Source of the DNA: Phyllobates terribilis
Taxonomy: Eukaryota
Assembly: GCF_046119375.1 (NCBI RefSeq)
Contig: NW_027362763.1
Coordinates: 782,006,001 to 782,070,000 of the forward strand
Length of the DNA stretch: 64,000 nucleotides
Reading direction: 5' to 3'
Shown here: one piece after another, positions 23,747 to 34,800 of the stretch
Layout: each line of letters begins with the position of its first letter
How positions within the stretch are numbered: position 1 is the stretch's first letter
Translations under genes and position numbers: made by a program
Notes under the pieces: model-generated
Told to the model about the DNA's origin: nothing
Databases searched by the model: none
Seen by the model: the letters and a program-made list of their open reading frames with translations, nothing else

Positions 23747-25333
23747 TCATGATGAGGAGGAAGTCTGAGATTTTCCTCCTTTAAACTTTGACTGGCTTGC
23801 CTTTGACTGCCAGGTCTTGTCCGACTTTTGCGTCGACCGCGAGTTGTCCCTGCGTAGGGAGCGGTTGCTATTTTGTGCTGGCCGCGAGACGGACCAGCCC
23901 GAAGAGTTCTGAAAGGATCGGAATCGAGTTTGGTTACGCTTCTTGTAAGTGCATTTGGGTTTCAGTTGGGGGAGAGAGGTACTCTTACCCCCGGTGGCGT
24001 TGGATATCATCGTGTCCAACTGTTCACCAAAAAGTCGACCACCGAGGTACGGGAGGTGGGTGAGGGACTTCTTTGAGGTTGCGTCTGCCTTCCATTCCCA
24101 CAGCCAGAGGATACGCTGAATCGTGATGGCGTTTGATGCTATCCCCGCTGCACCCCTTGCAGAATCCAGAGCTGCATGAAGCATGTAATCTGCTATGACT
24201 GCTATTTGAACCGCTTGGTCCGACAGCTCAGGGGCTGATACTTGGAGGCCAGCTTGTAAATTTTGGGCCCAAGCCAGGATGGCCTTGGCAGCCCAAACTG
24301 AAGCGAACGCGGGAGCCAGGGAGGCCTCTGCAGCCTCGAAAATTGAACGAGCCATGCGTTCTACCTGCCGGTCTGCTGTGTTCCTGAGGGTTGAGCTATC
24401 TGGCAGTGAAAGGAGGGACTGTGCTGCTAGCCTACAGACTGGGGGATCCACTTCGGGTGGATCTGTCCATTCCTTGGTGGTCTCCTGTGGGAAGGGGTAC
24501 CGCGCCTCCAGATATTTGCGATTGGTAAACTTCTTCTCAGGCTGTGAGAACTGCTTTTTAAGGATCGACTTAAACTCTGGGTGGTCAAAGAAGACCTTAG
24601 GCGGCTTCAGAACTCCTTCAAAGGAAATCTTGTGTTGTGGTGCCTCCGGGGGCGGATCAGAAATGTCCAGCACCCGATGGATGGACGAGATTACGTTCTC
24701 AACTAGCGCTGTATTGCTAGGGGGGATTGGGATCAGGGACCCTTCAGTTTCCTTGTCTGAGTCGGAATCACAGATGCCTTCCGAATCCTGTGTATCGCTA
24801 AGGCGGCTCCTGCTGGGTGAACCAGGGTGGAGGCCTTCTCTGGTCGGGGATCGCTGCGGAGAACTGCAATATCTGTCCCTGGTAGGGGACGGCCTAGATG
24901 ACCTGGAACTACAGTGTCTCTCCCTAGAAGGGGATGACCGTGTGCTATGGGATGACGCAGATGAACGTGACCTGTGGGTCCGCTTGCGTCCTGACCTAGA
25001 CGTGGATGTGCCCGGGTCGTCATGTCCCTGAGTCGAGCCTTTCCTTTGCTGGGTAGCGTTCATAGCCGAGGCATGACTCTGCAGAGCCTGGAGCAGTGTG
25101 GAGGTTAGGTTATCTATAGACTGCGTCATTGATTGCGACATCTGAGTGACCCACTCCGGCGTGGCATTAGACACCGAAGCATTGGCAGGGGCTTCTTGGG
25201 GCTCTGGCACAGTAGTATGGATGCAGTCCTGGCAGTGCGGATACGTGCTGCCTCTTGGGAGAGTATTGCTGCAGGCTGTACAGAGTGCATAATAGCAGTC
25301 CTGCCTGGTTCTCTTGGACCTTGAGCCCGGCAT
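23747..25333 (-). CDS. DIRS-A gag-like ORF1, 528 aa, uninterrupted
   Basis: N-terminal CxxC...CxxC (CTAC...CQDC), Ser/Arg-rich linker, DPPVCRL...DRQVERMARSIFE, RLFGEQLDTMI typical of vertebrate DIRS ORF1. Confidence 0.85.
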   Translation of the reverse strand: MPGSRSKRTRQDCYYALCTACSNTLPRGSTYPHCQDCIHTTVPEPQEAPANASVSNATPEWVTQMSQSMTQSIDNLTSTLLQALQSHASAMNATQQRKGSTQGHDDPGTSTSRSGRKRTHRSRSSASSHSTRSSPSRERHCSSRSSRPSPTRDRYCSSPQRSPTREGLHPGSPSRSRLSDTQDSEGICDSDSDKETEGSLIPIPPSNTALVENVISSIHRVLDISDPPPEAPQHKISFEGVLKPPKVFFDHPEFKSILKKQFSQPEKKFTNRKYLEARYPFPQETTKEWTDPPEVDPPVCRLAAQSLLSLPDSSTLRNTADRQVERMARSIFEAAEASLAPAFASVWAAKAILAWAQNLQAGLQVSAPELSDQAVQIAVIADYMLHAALDSARGAAGIASNAITIQRILWLWEWKADATSKKSLTHLPYLGGRLFGEQLDTMISNATGGKSTSLPQLKPKCTYKKRNQTRFRSFQNSSGWSVSRPAQNSNRSLRRDNSRSTQKSDKTWQSKASQSKFKGGKSQTSSSS

Positions 25334-27987
25334 AGTGCACTGGGGTGGCTATGCAGAGGGGCCTACAGGGGTGGTGTATAAGGAATAATGGACTCACAGC
25401 CGAGGAAGAACTCCAGCTGTGATCTTATCCCACCAGTGTGCCCCTAGGTCCAGCGCTGAAGATCCACAGTCCTGTGCCCCCCTTGGAGACCAGCTGGTCT
25501 TCCCTTATCCTGCAGCAGATAATGGCCGCCGGAGTAAAGTTAAGAAAGAAGGGGGGCGGAGAGTTGAAAAGGGCATTAGAACTGTGAAATCGCGCCCTTT
25601 CAGTCTCGATCCGCCCCCTCTATGACACTGTAGAGTGTCATATTTGTCATCCGGGGGGCGGGCCGGGGAGAGGAGGTGGCGGCTTCGGCCTAAATTAGAT
25701 GCCTGATGCCCAAAGGGACTGCAGGCCAGCGCGGAAGTCCGGATATGAACCGGACCCCCCCGGATTTAAAGGCAGGATAGCGGTGGGGTATAAGCGGAAG
25801 GGGGGGCTCTGTAAAGAGTCCCCCTGAGGCACCGTAGAGCTGGTGCTGCCGCAGAAACAGGGCGCAGGGAGGCCTGTGTCTCTGTTGTGTTTTGGCTGCA
25901 CTCCCCCCGGCCCCGCCAGGAGCCCGCAGCAGGGCTGGGGTCCCTGGATTCAGCCGTAGTGTGCTGGCTGCTGGGAGCTGCTGCCTGTACAGGCCCTACC
26001 TGAGGCGTTTCAACCTAATACCCCCAGGGGGGGGATTAGGGAAGTGCTGTTGTCACCATCAGGGGGCTATATCCTCGCCTCGACCTCAACCCAGAAACCA
26101 AAAGGAATTGGGGAAGGAGGGGGTCTCGACTTCGAACCAGCACCCGAGGGTCTGGGGAAGGAGCGACATGGGGAATAGCCATCTCGACTTCAACCGTGCA
26201 CCCCATAATAAGGGGCCGAGGAAGGAGCCATGCCGGGAGTCTCGCAGTAGATCCACTTTTCTTCATCTATAACCCGGTCGATGAAAACGGAGTAAGAGTT
26301 TTAGGTGTGCCTCCTATGCGACACTAAGCAAAAACTGGAGAAGGCTGATGCTGTCCAGGGGTGTATACTGCAGAGGAGGAGCCACAGTTAATCTTTTTCA
26401 GATTATGCATAGTGTCGCCTCCTAGTGGACAGCAGCATAACACCCATGGCCCTGTGTCCCCCAATGAGGCGACAGAGTAAATGTAATTATATGTGTTTAT
26501 TTATTTTAGATGCTAACTGCTTTGAATGTCATTATCTAAAAACATTTTGTTTTATGTTTCCTATTTTTTAATCGAAGTGCGCTATCATCTGGTGGAAAGC
26601 GCGTCTTTTCACTGATCCCTCTGCACGTCGCATGCTTCTAATGGGCAGGCAGAGAGCCCGGAAGAGCGCTGCTCCCAGGGACATAGTGCTGCTTTATTAG
26701 AAGAATGTTCACTGCACACCTGCAGCTTCACTATCTACCATTGTCACACTGATCTGTGATCTGATAGGAGTAAGAACGCTCCGATCACAGCAAAGACCAA
26801 TGTAATGGTGATAGATAATGAAGCTGCTGACAGGCAGGGACGAGTGTGATAATATACTCATCGCTGCGGGAGTGGCCATGACCGATCTTCTAATAATGAA
26901 GTGGTGTCCCTGGTAGGAACACTCCTGGTAAGACTTGCCGGACTCTGCACACTATGTAGAGACTCCGTGATAACTTGTGAGATTGCTCTTTTTAGTGGGA
27001 AAAGAGACCAGAAAGTGTTATCATATGCGCAGTTCCTGGGGTCATCGCTCCATTGCCCTTCACCAGCAGTAATTATATTATTACCGATTTCCCTGATGCT
27101 TCCCTATGTCACTATCACACTGGTCTTTGCTGTGATCAGAGCGTTTCCACTCCAATCAGAGCACAGACCAGTATGACAATGATAAATAGTGAAGCTGAGG
27201 AGCGGCAAGAAAAATTCTTCTAATAAAGCAGCAGTTTATCCCCCCGATGCAGCGCACACTCACTGCACAAAACTGAACATGGAATCTGCTCAGATCAGAT
27301 ACGTCACTTCCATGTTGTGGAGTGATTTAGTGCCAAAAGGTATTTTGGGAAATGGTGGCAACTTTTTACTGATAGTCGTACTAGCATATCATTTAAAATC
27401 TTCTCTCATAGTATTAACAGTCCCTTCCTTAATGATTTTTTCAATTATATTTAGAATGTGGTCTTTATTTTTTATTATAAAAATCACTGTTTTAATCAGA
27501 AGAACATGATTACTAGAGGACTAGTAAACCTGCTATCATGTAGTTCTCCATATTCATGAGCTCTGTATAACCCTGTCCTCACCACTGATTGGCAGTGTTC
27601 TGCCTATGCACAGTGTATATAGAAAGCTGCCAATCACAGGTGTGGGTGGAGTTATAAAGAGCTCAGCATTCAGAGAACTGCTAGATCTGCAGATGATAAA
27701 ACAGGGATTTTATAAAAAATGAAGAAAGCAGCCCATTGACACATCGTTGGAATCAGGGTTTCTGCCCCCACATTATTCTGCTCTGAGATGGAGTAGCAAA
27801 AACCTGGTGACAGATTCCCTTTAACGCGGACAAACCTGGAAACAAGGAGCACAATTTATCTTGAAGAAACATTGCTGACTGGCCCTTGGGTAACCATAAT
27901 ATTTTTTTTAAGTGCACAATTAATTTACTATACGCCAACTGTGGAAATTCCCAACCTGTAATAGAATGCATGGTTATTATGTGGAGA

Positions 27988-28355
27988 TTAAAGGGGTAGT
28001 CTGGTCTAAAGTAGCAAGTCTGTAGTCATTCTATGTGACTGCAGACTTGTGAATCCTCACATAGCGCGCAGTGTGCGCTGAGGATTGTCAAGTGTCAGCG
28101 CCAGGAACAGCAAATGACTGCAAGTATGCAATATGCATACTACCAGCCAGAATCCATCTAGATTGTTTCTGGTGCACTCAATGCAAATATATTGCGCAAG
28201 GCCGCCGGAAAAAAGTCTAGTCAGATTCTGGCCGGGAGTTTGCATATCACATAACCGCCATTCCCGGCGCTGACACATGACAATCCTCACAGTGTGTAAA
28301 GCACGCTATGTGAGTGACAGCAGACTTGTCGTTTTATACCGGACAACACCTTTAA
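27988..28355. mobile_element. T2/Kolobok-type MITE
   Basis: TTAA flanks, aggggtagtctgg / ccggacaacacct termini, palindromic interior. Confidence 0.7.
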
Positions 28356-28766
28356 GATATTATATGGTATTACTGAGTTTTTGTCTAGAACACCATTATC
28401 AGGTCACACTTTAATCACTATCCAGTGGATAGCTGATGAATGATTTCTGTACGATTTCCCTTATAAAGTTCTGCATGTTTAGTAACCGTTGCCAATTTTG
28501 CAGAGACTGTGCTCACTTTTTTTTTTTTTTAAATGTTTTCAACTTAAAGAATTGATTGAATGGGGTTCTGATGTATCATCCAATTACGTCATTGCCAAAA
28601 CAAAAAAAAAAGTTTCATAAATATACAAAAAGATTATTGTATTCAAAATCTGTATTCTCCAATATATACACACGTACATATACACAAATCATTTCTGAAA
28701 TTTTGTACACTTGATCCTGCGGACTGATTACAGGTCTCAGCAGAACAATCATCTTCATTCTGTGCT

Positions 28767-28838
28767 TCAAGTGGGAATAGAGAGGAGTCCATTTTCATCA
28801 GCGGTATCTAGAATCTTACATATCACTGGGGATTCCAC
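28767..28838 (-). CDS. ERLEC1: ERLEC1 exon 14 (coding part)
   Basis: cccag|[23 protein letters not shown] (TGA). Confidence 0.96.
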   Translation of the reverse strand: MESPVICKILDTADENGLLSIPT

Positions 28839-31800
28839 CTGGGTAGCAGAACGACACAAATTCATTATTTCCATGGAACGCTCTGACATCACGTTGCACA
28901 ATCCTGCCATGGTCCTTTTTTCTAGGTCTGACATGAGTTTTGATGTTCATTTTTAGAAATATATTTTATCCTCCAAATCTGAGCCTTGTCTCATTGCTTC
29001 CTTGGGGTATAGAGGGTAAAGGTACAAAGCCGATCTGCCATGGACACAAACTTGAATTTATAAAGGGTGGATGTTGAGTTGCAGGCATGAGACTGACATT
29101 CTTGTACAAAACTCAATATTGAGATGTACAGCGAGCGGAAAGTGGATTAGCATATGATGCTGGACACAAAATAGCCATCTTTCTACAAGTGTACCCGTCC
29201 TTTCACACAGAACCTGTAGAACATCATGGTCCTGCAGCACATGTACAACAGAAGCAAAAACTACCCCGATGTCCTATAATTTGCTCTCAACCCCTCTGAG
29301 TAGGGGTTTCCTCTTCATTATCATTCTACCTGTACTATAGGGGCTGGAACTTCTATTCTCTCATTCCCAACATACATTGTGCCTGGCACTGGCCAATGGT
29401 TTGTCTGGCCTGAGATCCCGCCTTCCTGTTAGGCCTGTATGCAGTTTGACAGACAGGAGAGCAGGAGCACAGAGACAGATCTCTGCACAACCTCCTGTAC
29501 TATATCTTGACATCTCTGCTGCTTGGGATGGATTAGACTTGACAACAGGCAGGAGACAGACTGTAGCGATCAGTGTCGGATGGGGCTGCCAGGGGCTCAC
29601 CAGTAACCAAATCCAGGGCCCCACTATTCAACTACATGCAAATGTGACATTATTCTCAATCACAAATTTATATAACAATGAACTGGGCAGATTGTTAAAT
29701 GAATAAGATGCTGCCTTTGTCTGTACATAGTGACTCAAGTATATTGTGCCAAGTTCTGCTCTTATATGAGAGCGTGGTGGCCCACCGGAGGATTCTCCTC
29801 TTCTCCTGTGGGCCAGTCCAAGCCTGGTAGTGAGACACCCAGTGGCTAGTACTTTGGTGCGATTTTTGGGAGTAAATCAAAGAAACGTTTTAATAAAGTG
29901 ATTTACAGATTATCTATCTATCAAATAATGTCTGAATGTACAGTGACTATTTAAGACACAGGGATGTATACTTACTCCAAGTATGTACTGACAAGTCTGT
30001 GGCTCAAGCATATATACAGTGACGGCGTGTGGCGACTCGGATTCTTTACACCTAATAGGACAACACGGATAGTTGAGTATTTCCATATTTCCAGCATGAC
30101 TTGTAGAACTATAAGTGCAGGGAATACTCACTTTAGTTTTACGATCACCTGCCTGGGTTTATTTGTCAGCTCGCAGTTATCGCCACCGCCATAGAAATGT
30201 GACACCATTCTGTAATAAAAGATTAGTTTATATTTTCGTCCAAGGACAAGCAACATTTATCCGAAAATAATAATATTAATAATAAAAAAAAAAATCTACA
30301 TGGGAGACTAACTAGATCCTCCGAAAAACAAACTAGGAGTGTGAGACATTAGGATAGCTTTTATTAAATCTGGTGCAAAGGATGTGGCTCAAGTGCCCAC
30401 AGCCAATCAGATCCCAGATCAAATTTTTCAGAGGTCTTTTTAAAAACGAAAGAACAAATCTGATTGGTGGCGACGGGACGTTGGAAAGTCTCCTCCTGGC
30501 CGGGTGAGTACCTTTACTGTTACCTTGTGATGCCACAAAAGTCTATTATAAATGTCGCTATGACCAACCAAGATCAACCGTATTGAATTATTGTTCATCT
30601 TTCTTGCAATCATTTTCCTTTTTCTCTTTAATATAAATCCTTAAAATAAAATATACTCTCATGTGTTAATACCTGGGCGAGAAATCAGCAGCACAATTAT
30701 CCATTATCATAGTTGCCAACATTTCTGGGATGTTTAAAAGAGTTGCTCATCTCTCCCGGGAATGCCCCTGTCCCACCATGAAATATCCACGATGGAGCGG
30801 GGTTTACATACCTTCTCCCCATTTTGGCACAGATTTACGGGAAAGTCTGGAGGAAGTTGGTTACTTTGCATTACCAACATACCAAAAAGATGAGTGCATG
30901 GATAGTTAATACAGCGCAAATGCTTATTCACCCTTTTGCACTAATTAACCGGAGCTACACTAGAGATGTTGCTTTACAGCAGTATTGTTCCTATTTTCCA
31001 GATTCTGTTCACACTCGTACTCTTTGCTATGCTTACCATGTTTTCCTATGCACTTGTTTCAGGAAGACCCAAAATTATTCTTCAAAAAACAAGCACAAAT
31101 CAATAATTTACAGCAATCCTCAACACTGTGAAAACTGTATGGGGACAAAAGATTGTTCCAAAAATCCCTATAAAGTCTGCAGTATTTTCGCCAGAACATT
31201 TGGGTTGAATAAGAGGGGTTGCTTTGCGGACAATGCCTGCATGAGAGATACGATGAGAGAACAACGCTGGGCATGGTTATGCGGACAAAGATCAGAAACA
31301 AGCATTTCTAGGAAAACGTGTTCAGAGATTATGGGTCTCTGCCTGTATAGATAAGATCAGGAGTGCATCACCCTTTTTGCTCAAATTACCAGATCAATTC
31401 AACCACATGGGCCGCCATAAAAAAAAATCAAACTTCAATACAAAATTATCTAATAGGTGCTGAATAATGAGCAGGACCCGTGGATGTTCGGGTTCATAGG
31501 GTTCGACCTAACTTTAGTTCAAAGTTCGGTTTGGGTACCAGAACTCTACCTGAACCCCATAAATGTCAATGGGGACCCGAACTTTGGTGTTGTAAAATGG
31601 TCTAGTAAGGGCTAGGGGGCCCCCCAGAGAATCAACCTCTCTTTCTCTCTATACAAACACTAAAACGGATTTCCGGGAGAAGTCAGCGTTCGGAATTCAG
31701 CATTGGACACTAGGTGTCCAGTACGAGCCCTGAACTTTACAGTTCGGGTTTGCTCATCTGTACTGCAGATTAAATTTTTAAGACATTTATCAGGAGGGTA

Positions 31801-34800
31801 AAAGTCCTCTTCTCATCCATTTACAATCCAGAGAAGAAGAGAATCGAGTGTTTCCATTGTCCCATAAACTACAAGGATTATGGCAGCACTCATGAACGGC
31901 CACTTCTTCACCTCATCTACTCCTTACCTGGATGATGACATGGCCACATAGTCCACCATTAATAGGTGCCCATTGCTACCTGACACTTCTGTACTCCCCA
32001 ACATGGAAAATACACATGAGCACCCACCATACGCCGTCAGGCCAGTCTGTGCCTATATAGGTGAGAGCTGCACAGAAAGGCATCAAGGGGCTATACGTGG
32101 CCCCCCGGCCCAGGTTGTGTCCCCCTGGATTAGTGGGAAACAGAGGCTGAGTAACAGGAGACTTGCCTCACAGTCTGCACGCCCTCATCAGGGGGATGGT
32201 ACAACCGTGCAACGTTTTTCTTGGCCCAATCTAAATGTTGTTCTTCTCTCCAAGTACCAACAACAAGGGTTGTTTTGCCGGAGTCCTTATCCTGCATATG
32301 AAAAAACACAAAAGAAATGTATTAAATCAGCCATAACGGTCTTGTCATAGAATAGAGCATTATACACACACCTCTATCTAGTGGGAAAAGTCCATACACG
32401 CACTTACCTCATGATACTGATGGACATATTTTCCATAGCAGAATTCATACTTCCACCAGCCAACACCCTGCAAAAAACACAACTTATACATAATGGAGGA
32501 AACTAATTTTACCTAATAAGAGGCAATTGAGGAAAAATACAGGTAATGTGATCTGTGGTCTATACACTGCCATGCGGATAATTCTTGGTGCAAGGGAGGC
32601 GAGGACAATTACACATCGTAATCAAAGCAAAATTCTAGTTTTACATAATCACTCGCTACTTTACCTGGGAAAATTGCTGTAACGTCTAATAGAGATGCTC
32701 AACCGTACATACTTTGACTTATGAGAAGTGAGAGGGGACTGAACCTCAGTGATGAGAAACATCCTTGCACCAAGTGGTCTTTCCCACATGTCGCCCCACT
32801 ACAAGATAATTGTACGCCTTTCTGGACGTCTGCAGCTTATGTGGTGCTCGTATTTCCATCCTGCCGAATTCCTTCTTCATTTGTTAACAATGTACAGATA
32901 CAGTTTTGAGGAGCGTGTTTTCATTGTGAAAACTTATTGGAAAACTGAGTCCTTGAAGAGGTGCCAAAGGGAGTTTCTAAAGAAGTCTGGAGGTCGAAAT
33001 CCGCCTACAAACCTAGTATTGAAGCCTTCTTTGATGACAGAGTAATCTCGAAGAGACTGTGGCCACCAAGATTGACGGATTTAACACCGCTTGATTTTTT
33101 TCCCTTGGGGCCATTTGAAAGGTTGAGAGTACAATAACAAACCAGGAACCATCCAGCGAGAAATTCAGGCTGTGACCCCAGACTTCCTGCGGAATACATT
33201 CAACATTATGGAGCAGAGTGTGCAGGCGTGCTTAGATGCGAACGGTGGACATTTTCAACACCTGCTTTAGAACATCAGTTTCTTATGAACCAAGGAATAT
33301 ACAGCCCAAATTTCAGTACGCTATATCGTCTCTTTTGGAAGTTACACCAATTTTTCCAAGTAAAGTAGCAAGTGTATCACCCTGTAAAATGGCTCCTTCT
33401 CATTTTTAAGCTCTCTGTTTGGGCCCAGGTCCAAATCTACAATTCAGAACAGCTAAGGATGCACGCTCTGGCAGATAATTTTGCACTATAAAATTTACAA
33501 AAAGGCTAATAACTCTAAGAAAAACCTTCTTACTAAAAATGCATATTATAAAATAGATCCCTGTTAGCCGTATAATAACAAATGTGCAGTGTAAAAGTAA
33601 CGATTTATTTTAAATAAACTTCATAAGCAACAAACACCTCCTATAGCCCAGTAGTACATCATGTTAAAGGGGTTGTCCACTACATTGTTTATAATAAAAA
33701 TGGGTCTATGAGGGTCCTAAAGAAAAAAAGACAATCTACTCACCTAGTCCTACCTTTGCCTCCACTAGTCTCCTCATTCCCTTTTCCGGCAGTCAACGTC
33801 CCATGACTACTGATGTTCTGTCTGAGCCAGAAGATAGTCTGTAGATGACTAGTGGCCACTGATTGGCTGCAGCTGTCACGTGATGTTTCCACCGGAATAG
33901 GAAGTAAGGAGACAGGTAGGGACACAAGCAGCCATGTGGCTGACAAGTAGGGGTCCGATGAATCCTTTTTTATATTCAAAAAATGTGGGCACTACCCTTA
34001 AAGACTTGTTGTATTTGGTTCAATAATTTTCAATTTCTCCGATCCTATGATTGTCTACAATGTATCAGTGCATGTCACGGCATTAGCGAGAACTGTGTTA
34101 ATCATTGTTTTGATGGCAATCTCTTACATATACCGTATTTTGCGGATTATATGACGCAACCCAAATTTTGGGGAGGAAAATAGGAAAAAAATGTTTTTAA
34201 ATAAAATAGTGGTGCATCTTATAGTCCGCTTTTATGGTAGCTTACCCGGGGAAGGAGGGGGTGCCGGCTGCGGTGGAGCAGGGTCCCAGGAGGCAGGGTC
34301 GCTGTTGCAGGAAGCTGGTGGCGGCAGGCATGGGGTGTTTGGTGGTGTGAGGCTGCTGCATGCCCCGGGCTTTCACAAAATGTCTGGAGTCCCCGCACTT
34401 CCCATCCTTTTCAATGAGGTGGACTTCAGGAAAATGGCCGCCGGAGGCGGTGCATGCGCAGACTGAGATCTTGGCAGCCGGATGGGAAGTGTGGCGACTC
34501 CAGACATTTTGTGAAGGCCCAGAGCCCGTAGCAGCCTCACTCCCCCTCCTTCCAGCACGGTGCCCGCAGCATCGCCCCATGCCTGCCGACAGCTTCCTGC
34601 AGCAGTGACCCTGCCTCCTGGTACCACGTCCCATCGCATACCACACCCCCTCCCCAGTAAGCTACATTCAGATTATAAGATGCACACCCATTTTCCCAAA
34701 AAACTTTGGGGGAAAAAAAGTGAGTCTTATAATTCAAAAAATAAGGTAATTGTAAAACATGGGTCACATATCCCAGTTACATGCCTGAGACCTGTACCTG

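Larger units (their letters stand above)
20371..26481 (-). mobile_element. DIRS1-type tyrosine-recombinase retrotransposon (family A), full structure, pol and YR decayed
   Basis: ITRs at 20372-20570 and 26328-26478; ICR at 20689-20787 joins the complements of both termini; gag, RT (YLDD), RNase H, MT and YR (HSTR...KHY) in order. Confidence 0.95.

Noticed and set aside
24279-25031. 250-aa plus-strand ORF opposite DIRS-A gag
   Set aside because: Antisense shadow of a Ser/Arg/Pro-biased coding frame; no motifs.
26520-27430. ORFs 26901-27176 and 27189-27509 as an extra gene
   Set aside because: The region is a diverged inverted-repeat pair (about 26680-26830 vs 27090-27250), consistent with an old foldback TE.
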